Assembly: GCA_043228905.1 (NCBI GenBank)
Contig: JBHGNT010000006.1
Coordinates: 22,568,001-22,632,000 of the forward strand
DNA length: 64,000 nucleotides
Direction: 5' to 3'
From: Azolla caroliniana
Taxonomy: Eukaryota > Plantae > Polypodiophyta
Each line of letters starts with the position of its first letter. Position 1 is the stretch's first letter. Under the pieces are notes generated by a model, which worked only from the letters and a program-made list of their open reading frames with translations, did no database searches and was not told the DNA's origin. The position numbers and the translations under genes are program-made. Of the stretch, positions 50,569 through 61,718 are shown one piece after another.

Positions 50569-51437
50569 GTAAGATGTGAAGCACTCTCTCTTGGGGGTCA
50601 CTTGGGAGGTTTACATAGCTCTGTTCCCTAATGAACAACAACTCCCCCTCACCCGCAACAACATTTAAGGTGTCCTTTTTGAAATGTTAGAAGTTCTTTT
50701 GGAAATGCCTTGGCTTCCCATAGCAGAACCACACGAGCTTTCCTCTTGACTTCGACCTTGCTTGGGACTTGTTGGGACTTGTCCCGGTTTTGTGAACTTC
50801 TCTGTCTACCCCTACCTCTACTACAATCACTTTCTGTGACTAGGGCCTTATGCTCAGAGTTGGACTCTTTCTCTTTCCTTCATGCTTCTTCATTAAGAAG
50901 ACTTGGCTTTAGCATGTCTAGTGTTAGTTGTTTTCCTTATGGTGTTGAGTTACCTAGGGTCACCATAACTGTCACCCAACTATCTAGGAGAGAGCCCAAC
51001 AACAATAAGGCTAATACCTCATCAACTAGAGGTATTTCTAGAGAGACAGTTTGGTTAATCAATCCTTGGAATGCATTTAGGTGCTCAACCATTCTAGAGC
51101 CATCTTGGTATCTCAACCTCACTATCTTCCTAAAGACGGAGACTCTATACAAGTCATTTTTCTTCTCAAACATACTCCCTATCTTCTTGCACAAAACATC
51201 TACTTGGGTCTCATTATCAAAGTTGTTATGTAGACTCATGTTTATAAAACATCGTATGTATGCGACTACTTTTAGATGCATGGCTTCCCAAGTCAATGCA
51301 TTTATCTTGTCTAGTTTGTCTTGGCTATATTGTATAGGCAACCACATGTCATTGCACACTAACATGTCCCTCATCCTTGACTTCCAAACTGAGTAGTTTG
51401 GGGTAGTAATCTTGAACATCCTGTTGGAAGCGACTGT

Positions 51438-52755
51438 TGTCGTGAAGATTTTCGACAATGGTGTGAAAATCGCATAAAACATACGAAATCGAGTATAAAT
51501 CATATAAAACAATAACAGTGAAAATACTATTTTAAATAAGTTTAATATCTTAGTACAAAAAGATGGAGGTCTTCAAGAGCTTTCGAATACACTTTACTAC
51601 ATAAGAAATGGACATCTAAGTCTCAAGTTATGTGGGTAGGAAGTTTGCAAAGGAAAAGAAAAAGATAAAACTGTGAGATATCCCACATAGATAGGACAAA
51701 TTAGGATCTCACCATATATAAGGTAGAGCAAAAGCTATTATCTTTGTGTTTATGTGTGGAGCATAGAGAGTTCAAGGTGACTTGAACTAAGCTAATTGGA
51801 TGAGTGGGTGTGGCTTAGTTATTTGTAAAAGTTTTTGGCCAACCAAAACCAGCGGCAACCGGTGACAGAGTCGTAGCCGGTGAGCCAGTGAGCGGCAAGC
51901 GACTTGGGATGCGGACTGGGCCGAACCAAACGGATGCAAATCGGTCAAGTTGGTTGATCGTGGTGCTTGGTGTCTTAAAGATATTTGGTCCAAAAGCCTA
52001 CTTGTAAAAGTTTTTGGCCAACCAAAATCGGCGGCAACCGATGACAGAGTCGTAGTCGATGAGCCAGTGAGCGGCAAACGACTCGGGATGCGGACTGGGC
52101 CGAACCAAACGGATGCAAATCGGTCAAGTTGGTTGATCGTGGTGCTTGGTGTCTTAAAGATATTTGGTCCAAAAGCTTAATAATATTTTGTGCATAAAAG
52201 AAAAAGATGTAAGCAAGACTCAAACTTAACGCCTCCAAGATAGGAAGCAATAGGCTTACCATTAAGCCAAACCATTTCTTTAGGGATTATATTTTTATCA
52301 TTATAGCTTTACATGTAAATTCTCATGTGTGACAGCTTAGATGATGACATGGCAAGCATGCGTTACGTGCATTGCATGCATTTCATGCATTCTGTGCATG
52401 TCTTGCACCCTCACATGCACCATATGCATGGGGGCATCTATAAAAGAGTGGAGGAATCAAGCAAAAGGGGGATTTTTATCAAGCAAGCTTTGTACTTTAT
52501 ATCAAAATTAATATTAAGAAGAAAATTCGTTGTCCTTTTGATGATATACCTTGTTCCTCAAATCTAAAGTCAAGAGTTCAATCTTAATCTCTCTTTCTAT
52601 TTCAATCATTTTGAATATGTTTTAAAATTGGAATCTTAATCTCAATCTATCTTAAATACTTTTTCGCTAAACTAGTACAAACTTCGAATCCTTCAGGTCC
52701 AGGACCCCGACGGTTTCGCCTCACGATCTGCGCGTAGTGACGGATCTTCACGACA
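51438..52755 (+). mobile_element. Solo LTR (4-bp TSD group) inserted in the second gag codon
   Basis: 12-bp inverted ends TGTCGTGAAGAT...ATCTTCACGACA. Flanks are CTGT and CCGT. Shares its start and the catgcaccatatgcatgggggcatctata block with the LTRs of 56033-62093. Internal 180-bp tandem duplication at ~51822-52178. Confidence 0.85.
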
Positions 52756-54204
52756 CCGTCATGTGCAGAACAATCTCAACGCTCTTCTAGTTGAAGATCA
52801 TCAGAGAATAGAGAAAAACTGATTAAGAACAATATACAACTGAATCATAAGACAAGATCAACGAGGAAACAAGGAGAAGAGAAACAGAAAGTTGTCACAA
52901 GCAAGATGTAACTTGTATTATTCTTTCAGAATGTTACAATAGGAAAATATACAAAATGAACAACCTTAACACTAGGTTACAAGAGTTGGTTTAATAGAAA
53001 CTGACTTAGGCCCTTTTCCACTATTTACAGAAATAGCATAAACCTAGTGTGTCCAATGGGACAATGTGAATACGTCCATTAGAGAAATGTATTCGACACT
53101 CCCCCGTAATGGGCGTATACAACAAAAAATCTATAATAAAAGAAGTAAACAAGAAATACATATTTATACAAGGTTGTCAAACAAATAAGTTATTGTTCGA
53201 GTCGACAAACTTTGAGAACAGAAGGGCGGATCAGTTGGGGCCGGAAGGACTAAAGCAACACCTTGAACTTTCAATGATGATTGTCCAAAATTGTCCAAAA
53301 TTTGACTGAATCAGACCGATTCTTCATTACGCCCATCTGATGTTGAAGGGATCGGAATTGATTCGCCAAAAGACATGTGGTCATCCCATCTGCGACATTA
53401 TCGGTTGTAGGTGTCTTCTCGAGGTCGATCTTCCTTGAAATGATGCAGTCCCGAACAAAGTGATATCTCGCGTCTATATGCTTCGAGGCATTATGTTGAA
53501 CCAGATTTCTCAACAAAAGGACAACACCCTAGCTCTCATTATAGACTATTGGAGCTAAGTCAAAATCGACTTGTCGAAATGTGCGAACTAGCCGACTGAG
53601 CCAAAAGGCCTCTTTCGCCGCGTAAGATGCGGCAACATATTTGGCCTCGGTCGTTGACGTAGAAGTACACTCCTGAAGTTTCGACTTCCATGAGATTGCT
53701 CCATTGTCGAGTTTAAAGCAATATGCGGTTGTCGACTTCCGACTGTCCATACAATCGGCAAAGTCTAAGTCGGTATAACCGACTACTCCTGAAGTATTGT
53801 TCGGGCCAAATAGGATGCCATAATCTTTTGTGCCCACTAGATATCTGAACACATGTTGGACTGCATTCTAACGTGATAGACCGAGATTGTGCATAAATTT
53901 GTTGTCGACTCCTACGACATTAGCAATGTCAGGTCGTGTTGCAACCATCGCGTACATTAAGGAGCCGACTGTCGGTGCATATGGTATTGACTTCATAACT
54001 TCCCCCTTTGGACAGGATGTCGGACAATCTCGTTGAGACAGTTGAAGGCTAATGGGGAGCGGAGTCGAAGCAGATTTGGCCGATTGTATTTTGAAGCATT
54101 CTAAGACACGTCCAATGTAGTCGGCTTGAAATAGAAACAACTGTCGCCGATCCCGAATCTAACTTATTTTTATCTATAGAATGTGTCTTGCCGGACCAAG
54201 GTCC

Positions 54205-54615
54205 TGTTAGGAAACAGGTCCCTCCGGATGGGAAGTGAGAAGAACAATGTTGATGAGCAGGCCGAGGCCGAAACCGGATGTGGAGTACCCGGCTACGGAA
54301 GACCCGGTGAGAACCGGATGACGAGTACCCGGCTACGGAAGACCCAGTGAGAACTGGATGACGAGTACCCGGCTACGGAAGACCTGGTGAGAACCGGATG
54401 ACGAGTACCCGGCTAGAGCTGGATGGTGAAGGCCCAGTGAGAAGTGCTCACCGAATGAAGAGACATATTCGTAAATATGTTTTCTAAGAGTCCATCGTGG
54501 CTATATTTGTAAATAGCCGAAAAGTCATATTAGTATAAATATGACTTAGGGCAAACTTAGTGATATAGTAGTTGCCATTCTTGTTGGTGCAAGATTAGAG
54601 TGCGTAACTGTGTAC

Positions 54616-54647
<32 letters not shown>

Positions 54648-54918
54648 GAAGAGGTTGTTGCCTCTGTTGTAACCGCCGCCTGTGGCGAAGATAGCAAGCT
54701 CGAGGTCGTTGCCTCGGTGCTTTACTATTGTACATTGTGATATAGTGATAGTTTGCAGTCTGTGGGTTGTCGTGGTTTTTCCCTAGTTTGGGTTTTCCAC
54801 GTTAACATCCTGTGTACTCTTCTCTTTACTTTGTCGTGCGTTCATTACCCGTTTTCTGTGTTTGATTCTAGCCTTGGTTGTGGCCGAGCATTGTTCATCG
54901 GAGTGTGTATTCATGTCA
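54205..54918 (+). mobile_element. Solo LTR related to the 11783 copia LTR, inserted in an RT
   Basis: TG...CA ends, TSD GGTCC, and a 40-bp tandem repeat array in U3. Confidence 0.93.
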
Positions 54919-56056
54919 GGTCCTTCATGGCAAACTTCAACCGCAGTTGTCGAACAAGGTTGGCGAGCTCTCTGGCATGACGACCGGAGAGTAACATGTC
55001 GTCCACGTAAATGATGAGGAAGATGGGTGACCCATCTTGAGCAGTTTTGGTGTAGAGGCAATGATCCTCATCGCTCTTGGAGAAACTGACTGATTGGATG
55101 AAGTCGTCAAACTTCTTGTACCACTGCATTGATGCCTGTTTCTGGCTGTAAAGACTCTTCCCGAGTCGACCGACTATATGATCCTGGCCGAATACCACGA
55201 AGCCTTTCGGTTACTCCATATAAACTTCTTCCTCTAGGTCACCATGAAGGAAAGTCGTTTTGACATCTAGCTAAATCAGCTCCAAATTCTCAACGACCAC
55301 AACGTTGAACATAAAGCGAAGGTTGTCATTTTCACCACTGGTGAAAAGATTTCGTCGAAATCGACGCATATTCCTATCAAAACCCTTTCACAACTAATTT
55401 GAACTTGAATTTTGGGGTGGTCAAATCATAGGTCTATTTTAGTCTATCTAGACCCACTTGCACGGAAGAGCATGTCGATTCTTCAGTAATTCGACCAAGT
55501 CCCAAGTCTTATTTTGCAAAATGGAGTTCATCTCTGACTCCATCGCCAGATGCCATGTGGTCGAATCGGCTGATGCCAATGCTTCTTCGTATGACGTCGG
55601 TTCATCGCATCCATAAAGAAGATTCCAGGAGAATACCTCTCCGGGGGCTGCAACAGTCTCTCGAATCTTCGAGGTAAGACTAGGCTAGTCTCATCGAGTG
55701 TCTGAGTCGGATGCTCCAAAGACCTTGAGGCCTACTCAACGATATATACTACCGAAAGGCGCACACTCCGAGGAACCATCGAACTTCCGTGACTGTCTTA
55801 CACTCCTCCTTCATCATTGAGATGACCTCTACCTTGGCCGGAGATAGTTTCTGGCCATAGGACCCACATAGGTGGACGACCACCAGGATCTCTGATTGTC
55901 CGAACGCAAACTTCTCCCAGGAGAAGGTAAGTCGAGCGCCCTCAAGCCTCTGTAGTATCTTCTCACAATTAGAGATGTGGTTCGCAATGCAATTTCGACA
56001 TCCGTCTGCTCTGATCAATTCTTCCTTCGCGTTGTCATGAAGATTTTCGGCAACGG

Positions 56057-56831
56057 TGTCGTAGTGTATTTTGTACACTACGTGAAAAAGCAAAAATAAT
56101 ATAACCGATTTAATTACATATAAATAAATAAAATAATATATCAAGATATTTATCACATGCATAGGGCAAGATTCGAACCTTGTACCTCCACGTAGCCAAA
56201 CCTCAACTTTACCATTATGCTACTTTATCTTTAGTGTTCTATAAATAGATTTAATAACTATAAGTCCTTTATTTGCGCCTACAAAAGGTAAATCATGCAT
56301 TTTTAGAGTGCGTGAATAGAAAAACGCAAGCAACTAAAAAGTGACTCATGCACATCTAGCGTGCATGAGCACTATATTTAGCAAATAAAAGCAAGGATTA
56401 GAAAAGCATCACATGCATATTTAGTGTGCATGAACATATTAGAAAAAAAAGCATGTAGCTATGCTTGGTCTCTCCCATCACTACATAAGGATGGGGAGCA
56501 CAATGTAATAGTGTGTGAAATATTTGGAAATTGGATATATTTCCGAAAACACCAACCGATTAATATAATCGTGGGATTCACGAAAATAATATAATCTATA
56601 CTTGTGGGATTCACAAGTTTCTTATATCTTTCTTTCAATCTAAATACATATTCTTATCTAAATATTGATTAATCGAATACAATACACTCGTGGGATTCAC
56701 GAAATTTCTATATCTCTTTCTAATAATCTATCCATTACTAGCCTCATCTCATATTTTCCTTCCTCCTAGTCCAAAACCCCAGTGGTTCCCACCCGACTCA
56801 CGCAAACGATCCGGAGCCGAAAGGCACGACA
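56057..56831 (+). mobile_element. Solo LTR nested 24 bp inside the 5' LTR
   Basis: TGTCGTAG...GCACGACA ends with a perfect 4-bp TSD ACGG. Removing it restores the sequence seen at the start of the 3' LTR. Confidence 0.92.
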
Positions 56832-57818
56832 ACGGTGTGAAAATCGTGTGGAATGGAGAAAATCGAGAAGGTGCAATGTGCACATGAATGAATGGTTCGA
56901 TGGTTACACTCGTACGTTAGCATGTTGTAAATATGAATGAAATGAGAACCCCGAAGGCCTAGTAGCATTTTCGTGCATAGCAAGGGTGCAAGTAAGGTTT
57001 GAACCTTGCACCTCCAAGTTAAGACACAATTGACTTAACATTAGGCTAAGTTGTTACTTGTTGGACTTTCATCATTGTATTTTTCACATGTAATGCTTCT
57101 ACATGAGAGCTTGAATGAGTGACATGGTCATCATGCATCGCATGCGATGCATGAGCACCAAATGGAAATCATGCATCTCACGCATTGTATGCATGTCTTA
57201 CACCCTCATGTGCATCATATGCATGGGGGCATCTATATAAGAAACAAAGGAAAGGAAAAGGGGGGATCAATAAATCTATGAATCCGTCAAGTTCTGTATC
57301 AAATAAAAAATTGATAATAATATAAAACCTAGTCATCTTATTGGTGAATCTGTCTTGTTTCTCTAAATTGAGTAAGGGTTCAAACCTAGAATTAGAATTT
57401 TAGTCCGTCTATCTATCTATCTATCTTAAACACTTCCTCAATTTTTGTTTCTCTCTCTCCCTCACTCTCAACCACATTAGTGCGTCACTTCAGCTGCCTA
57501 CACGTCAATCCACCGCACCATTGAGTCGGGTTCGGGTGCGTCTTCGACAACAAAGGACAACTCGACGATAAACCTAAACGGCAAATTCCTTATAGGCACA
57601 ACTCACTTGATTCGTTCTCCCCGGTCAAAGACCTCAGTGGTTCCGTTCAATCGACTTGTAGGCGCGGAAATCCCATCATCAATCCTCCATTACCACTAGC
57701 GAATAGAGGCCCGATGCTTGTCCGCGCTTGTGACGCGCACATTACGACGTTTGGCACGTGTGTCATGAGCCACACGACATCTATTTGGTGAACCCGACGT
57801 GAACAACACAAGGTGGTA

Positions 57819-59960
57819 ATGGGGGCATCGCGAATGGTGGATGTGATCTTGGATGCATACGACTTAGAGGAGTCGATAAGAATAGAAAGTGGTCTGAGGC
57901 TCATGATGCTTCCATTTGTAAGGAAGGCCATCGAAATGATGTTGCATGATGATAAGGATAGGGCGTTGGAGTATCTCAAGTTGGCAAGGCAAGTCGAGAG
58001 ACTATATCAAGAAGTTCTAGATTGGTACGAAGCGGTTCTGACATCAAGATTCGGGCCTCAACCTTTTCATGGTTTGCTCGATGGTGACGACGATGAAGAT
58101 GATCGAGATCGGCGTAGTTCTAGTGGTGAAGAGACATGTGACGAAGAACAAGGCTTTGAAGAGAGATATAGAGATCAACATGCCTATGGTCATTACGAGG
58201 ATCATTGCAAACTCAACAAAAGAGAAACATGTGACGAAGAACGCGATCTTGAAGGGAGGGATTGTGATCGACATGGCTATGGTCAGCACGAAGATCGACG
58301 TAGTTGTGGTCGTGAAGAGACATGTGACGAAGAACAAGGATTTGAAGAGAGATATCGAGATCAACATACGTATGGTCGTTACGAGGATCATTGCAAACTC
58401 GACAAAAGAGAAACATGTGACAAAGAACGTGATCTTGAAGGGAGTGATTGTGATCGACATGCCTATGGTCATCACGAAGATCATTGCAAACTCAAGACAA
58501 GAGAGAGATGCATCCAAGAAGGATGCAATCGTGAAGAGATATGTGATGAAGAATGTGGGCTCAAGAGGGAAGATCGAGAAGGATGCGATAATGAAGAGAC
58601 ATGGAATGAAGAACATGCGTTCGAGGGAAAAGTCCAAGATACTCAAGGATGCAGTCATGAAGAGACATGTGACAAAGAACGTGGGCTTGAGGAGACAGAT
58701 CAAGATCTACACGGTTATGAAAAAGACAAAGATCATTACAAACTCACAAAGAGTGCTCGAGATCTACAAGGTTATGATCGTAACAAAGATTACCGTAAAC
58801 ACAAGAGGAGGAATCAATGTCAAGCTCTTCATGGTTGTGCTAATGAAAAAGTACTCGACGAAAGTCGTGACGATGAGTGTAGTTGGGATCAAGACTCTCA
58901 TGGTTTAAATTTTGATGACAAGTATGATAAGTTTAATGAGAGCCATGAACAAGAGAAGAAGTTGGGAAGAGACGAAAACTTTACATTTAAACGTAATGAC
59001 GGTGATGATAATAACGATACGCATGATTTAGGGCTTGATGATAGTAAGGGAGAGTGTATTATTGATGGTGAGAGTGAGTTCCATGAGAAGAATGAGGGTT
59101 ATGGTGATAAAAGGTTGTGCACTTTCTGTGGATATGGTTATGGTAAGAGTAATGATGAGGGTGAGAGTGACGAAGAGGAATTTTGTGTTTTAGGTTGCCT
59201 TGGTTTTCTTCGTGATAGATTTTATAAGGGTTTCACTAAATCAAATGGTGACATTCATGAGGACATCCATTATGAAAATGGAATAGGGCTTTGCGATGAC
59301 GAGGATGTTCTACAAAAATATGTCCATGATGATGTGGGGTTACTTAATGATCACAAGGGTATAAGTAAGAAAAATCTAGAAAATGTTATTTGGGATGTGT
59401 ATGATGATGTTGATGTTGTGAGTATGTGTGGGAAGGATGAGATTAAGGTTGATAAGATTGAGGATAATCTAGAAAATGTTATGATGTTTTGGGATGTGTA
59501 TGATGATAATGTTGGTGTTGTGAGTGTGTGCAGGAAGGATGAGTTTAGGGTAGATGATATTGAATATGATGGTTATCTCGTGATAAATAATTCGGTGACT
59601 AAAGATGTTGTTAACTCAAAGGATGACTATAATGATGATGTAAGTATAATTAACATTGAGGTTGTTCTCGAAGAAGATGATATTGTGGTAAAATGGACGG
59701 TTATTACTTATGAAGAAGAAAGGAAAGAAGTGATTATGAGGACTACCCATGGGAAGGAAGGGAAAGATGCATCAAGATGGTGGGATGTTCAACTAAACAG
59801 AGGAGGTTGTATTTCCAACGTTTCCATCTCCCATCTCAAAGAAAAGGATTGGCTAATAAGAAGAAGCACCCAGTTTTTAGATTCGGTTCGACAAGACGCA
59901 TCGACTACAACCCAAGAAGATCGAAGGAGGTTGGGTATTGGTCTACAACAACAACCTTGA
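57819..59960 (+). CDS. Element-borne ORF: ~713-aa acidic, Cys/His-rich repeat protein of unknown function
   Basis: The first ATG is 15 nt after the PBS. An ~85-aa helical-looking N-terminus is followed by 31-aa ETCD(E/K)E repeats (93-bp monomer, 186-bp dimer) and a D/V-rich tail. Confidence 0.55.
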   Translation: MGASRMVDVILDAYDLEESIRIESGLRLMMLPFVRKAIEMMLHDDKDRALEYLKLARQVERLYQEVLDWYEAVLTSRFGPQPFHGLLDGDDDEDDRDRRSSSGEETCDEEQGFEERYRDQHAYGHYEDHCKLNKRETCDEERDLEGRDCDRHGYGQHEDRRSCGREETCDEEQGFEERYRDQHTYGRYEDHCKLDKRETCDKERDLEGSDCDRHAYGHHEDHCKLKTRERCIQEGCNREEICDEECGLKREDREGCDNEETWNEEHAFEGKVQDTQGCSHEETCDKERGLEETDQDLHGYEKDKDHYKLTKSARDLQGYDRNKDYRKHKRRNQCQALHGCANEKVLDESRDDECSWDQDSHGLNFDDKYDKFNESHEQEKKLGRDENFTFKRNDGDDNNDTHDLGLDDSKGECIIDGESEFHEKNEGYGDKRLCTFCGYGYGKSNDEGESDEEEFCVLGCLGFLRDRFYKGFTKSNGDIHEDIHYENGIGLCDDEDVLQKYVHDDVGLLNDHKGISKKNLENVIWDVYDDVDVVSMCGKDEIKVDKIEDNLENVMMFWDVYDDNVGVVSVCRKDEFRVDDIEYDGYLVINNSVTKDVVNSKDDYNDDVSIINIEVVLEEDDIVVKWTVITYEEERKEVIMRTTHGKEGKDASRWWDVQLNRGGCISNVSISHLKEKDWLIRRSTQFLDSVRQDASTTTQEDRRRLGIGLQQQP

Positions 59961-60100
59961 CAACCAACACAAAATGAGAAGAAAGTTCGCAAGAAGGTGA
60001 CACGTGCCAATGACAACGCCACCTACCACCTCGTGGAGATAGACAGATCGAGGTTGGCCATATCCATTACGGCGAAAAGATCTTCAATAAAAGACAAGTT
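59830..60100 (+). pseudogene. gypsy integrase C-terminal remnant
   Basis: Alternative frames read RFDKTHRLQPKKIEGGWVLVYNNNLDNQH...KFARR and NDNATYHLVEID, typical of the GPY/F region, with the GPY core deleted. Confidence 0.7.
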
Positions 60101-61094
60101 GAGGGTCCTTTACAATGAAGTTGGAACCTGCAAATGTGAGCGAGGTCAACGAGAACGTGGAGGAAATTGATTGTTCACCGTAGCCAAAATCTCACATTCT
60201 CTTCTTGGCACGTACCGGAGGACGTGCGGTTTGGTGGGGGTGGATGTCATGAAGATTTTCGGCAACGGTGTGAAAATCATGTGGAATGAAGAAAATCGAG
60301 AAGGTGCAATGTGCACACGAATGAATGGGGCAATGGTTACACTCATATGATAACATGTTGTAAATATGAATGAAATAAGAACCCCTAAGGTCTAGTAGCA
60401 TTTTCGTGCAAAAGGGGTGCAAGTAAGGTTTGATCCTTGCACCTACAAGTCAAGACACAGTTGACTTACCATTAGGCTAAGTTGTTCGGCAAGGGTGTGA
60501 AAATCACGTGGAATGAAGAAAATCAAGAAAGTGCAATGTGCACACGAATGAATGGGGCAATGGTTACATTCATACGATAACATGTTGTAAATATGAATGA
60601 AATAAGAACCCCTAAGGTCTAGTAGCATTTTCGTGCATACGAAGGGGTGCAAGTAAGGTTTGATCCTTGCACCTACACGTCAGGACACAGTTGACTTACC
60701 ATTAGGCTAAGTTGTTACTTGTTATACTTTCATCATTATATTTTTCAAATGTAAATGCTCATACATTAGAGCTTGAATAAGGGACATGGTCATCATGCAT
60801 CACATCCGATGCATGAGCACCAAATGGCAATCATGCATTGCATGCATTGTATGCATGTCTTACACCCTCACATGCATCATATGCATGGGGGCATCTATAT
60901 AAGAAAGAAAGAAGGGGGGAATCAATCTAGGCATCAATCAAGCTATGTATTGAATCAACATCTTAATATTAAAAAACCTACTTATCTTATTGGTGACTTG
61001 TCTTGTTTCTCAACACTGATGTCAAGGGTTCAAACCAAGAATTGGAATTTCCATCCATCCATCTATCCATCTTAAACACTTCCTCAATTCCCGT

Positions 61095-61718
61095 TGTCGC
61101 GTTGTTACGCGCGTGCGTGTAGAAGGGGCGGGACCACGGGGGTCTCGGACTAGGGAGTAGAGGACTTAAACACTTCCTCAATTCCCGTTGTCGCGTTGTT
61201 ACGCGCGTGCGTGTAGAAGGGGCGGGACCACGGGGGTCTCGGACTAGGGAGTAGAGGAGAAAGAATAAGATATGATTTGGAAGCTTAGCTCAAGAGGAGA
61301 AGAGGAAAGAATAAAACCACGACATAGAAGGAGAGATCGGCCGAGGCAAGATGCTCAACAAGTTATATTAAAACAAACGAATGATTACAACAATGGTGGC
61401 CGCATGGGCCGCACCAAACGACTATGAGAAAACCCTAACCGAGGATGAATAACGAAACCCTAAACGAAACCCTAACCCTAAAACGATAAGAACTCTAGAC
61501 TAAGTGGTATATCTTTCATACGCAAAATAGGTAACCCCTTCATAAGTGACCCCTCCCTTCCTTTTATAGCCCAAGGAGGGAGGGACTTTACAATGTGGGA
61601 TAAAATTTCCCCTCTTATTTCTATATACCATTTCCTAGTATATGTGTGCACATGTTGCACACCACCGACTTGCCCATTCCACCCCGGTTTCCCCCTATGG
61701 ACGAAAATCTTCACGACA
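61095..61718 (-). mobile_element. Solo LTR nested in the 3' LTR (4-bp TSD group)
   Basis: TGTCGCG...AAAATCTTCACGACA ends. Flanks are CCGT and CTGT. Absent from the 5' LTR. The left junction is duplicated (94-bp tandem, 61071-61258). Confidence 0.82.

Larger units (their letters stand above)
50569..55740 (-). mobile_element. Decayed Tnt1/Tork-like copia sequences: RT-RH, PPT, LTR, PBS-like site, gag-PR
   Basis: RT/RH fragments at 55740-53300 (IYVDDMLL, GAISWKSKLQ), PPT at 53099-53105, LTR at 52792-53098. Gag starts at 52762, resumes at 51437 (MFKITTPNYSVWKSRMRDML) and runs to ~50570. Confidence 0.85.

Noticed and set aside
50630-50660. Apparent PPT plus LTR start (GAGGGGGAG-TTGTTG) suggesting a gag-only TR-GAG element
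   Set aside because: The sequence translates as VVAGEGELLFIREQSYVNL, aligning with the gag-protease linker of the 12.5-kb element, so it is coding remnant.
51438-52755. DNA transposon, given the 12-bp terminal inverted repeat
   Set aside because: It has TG...CA ends and shares its start, TATA region and tRNA-like module with bona fide LTRs flanked by PBS and PPT at 56033-62093.
58044-58908. Overlapping 279-aa (+) and 219-aa (-) ORFs within the 713-codon ORF
   Set aside because: They are confined to the 93-bp tandem repeat region, where stop-free frames propagate automatically.
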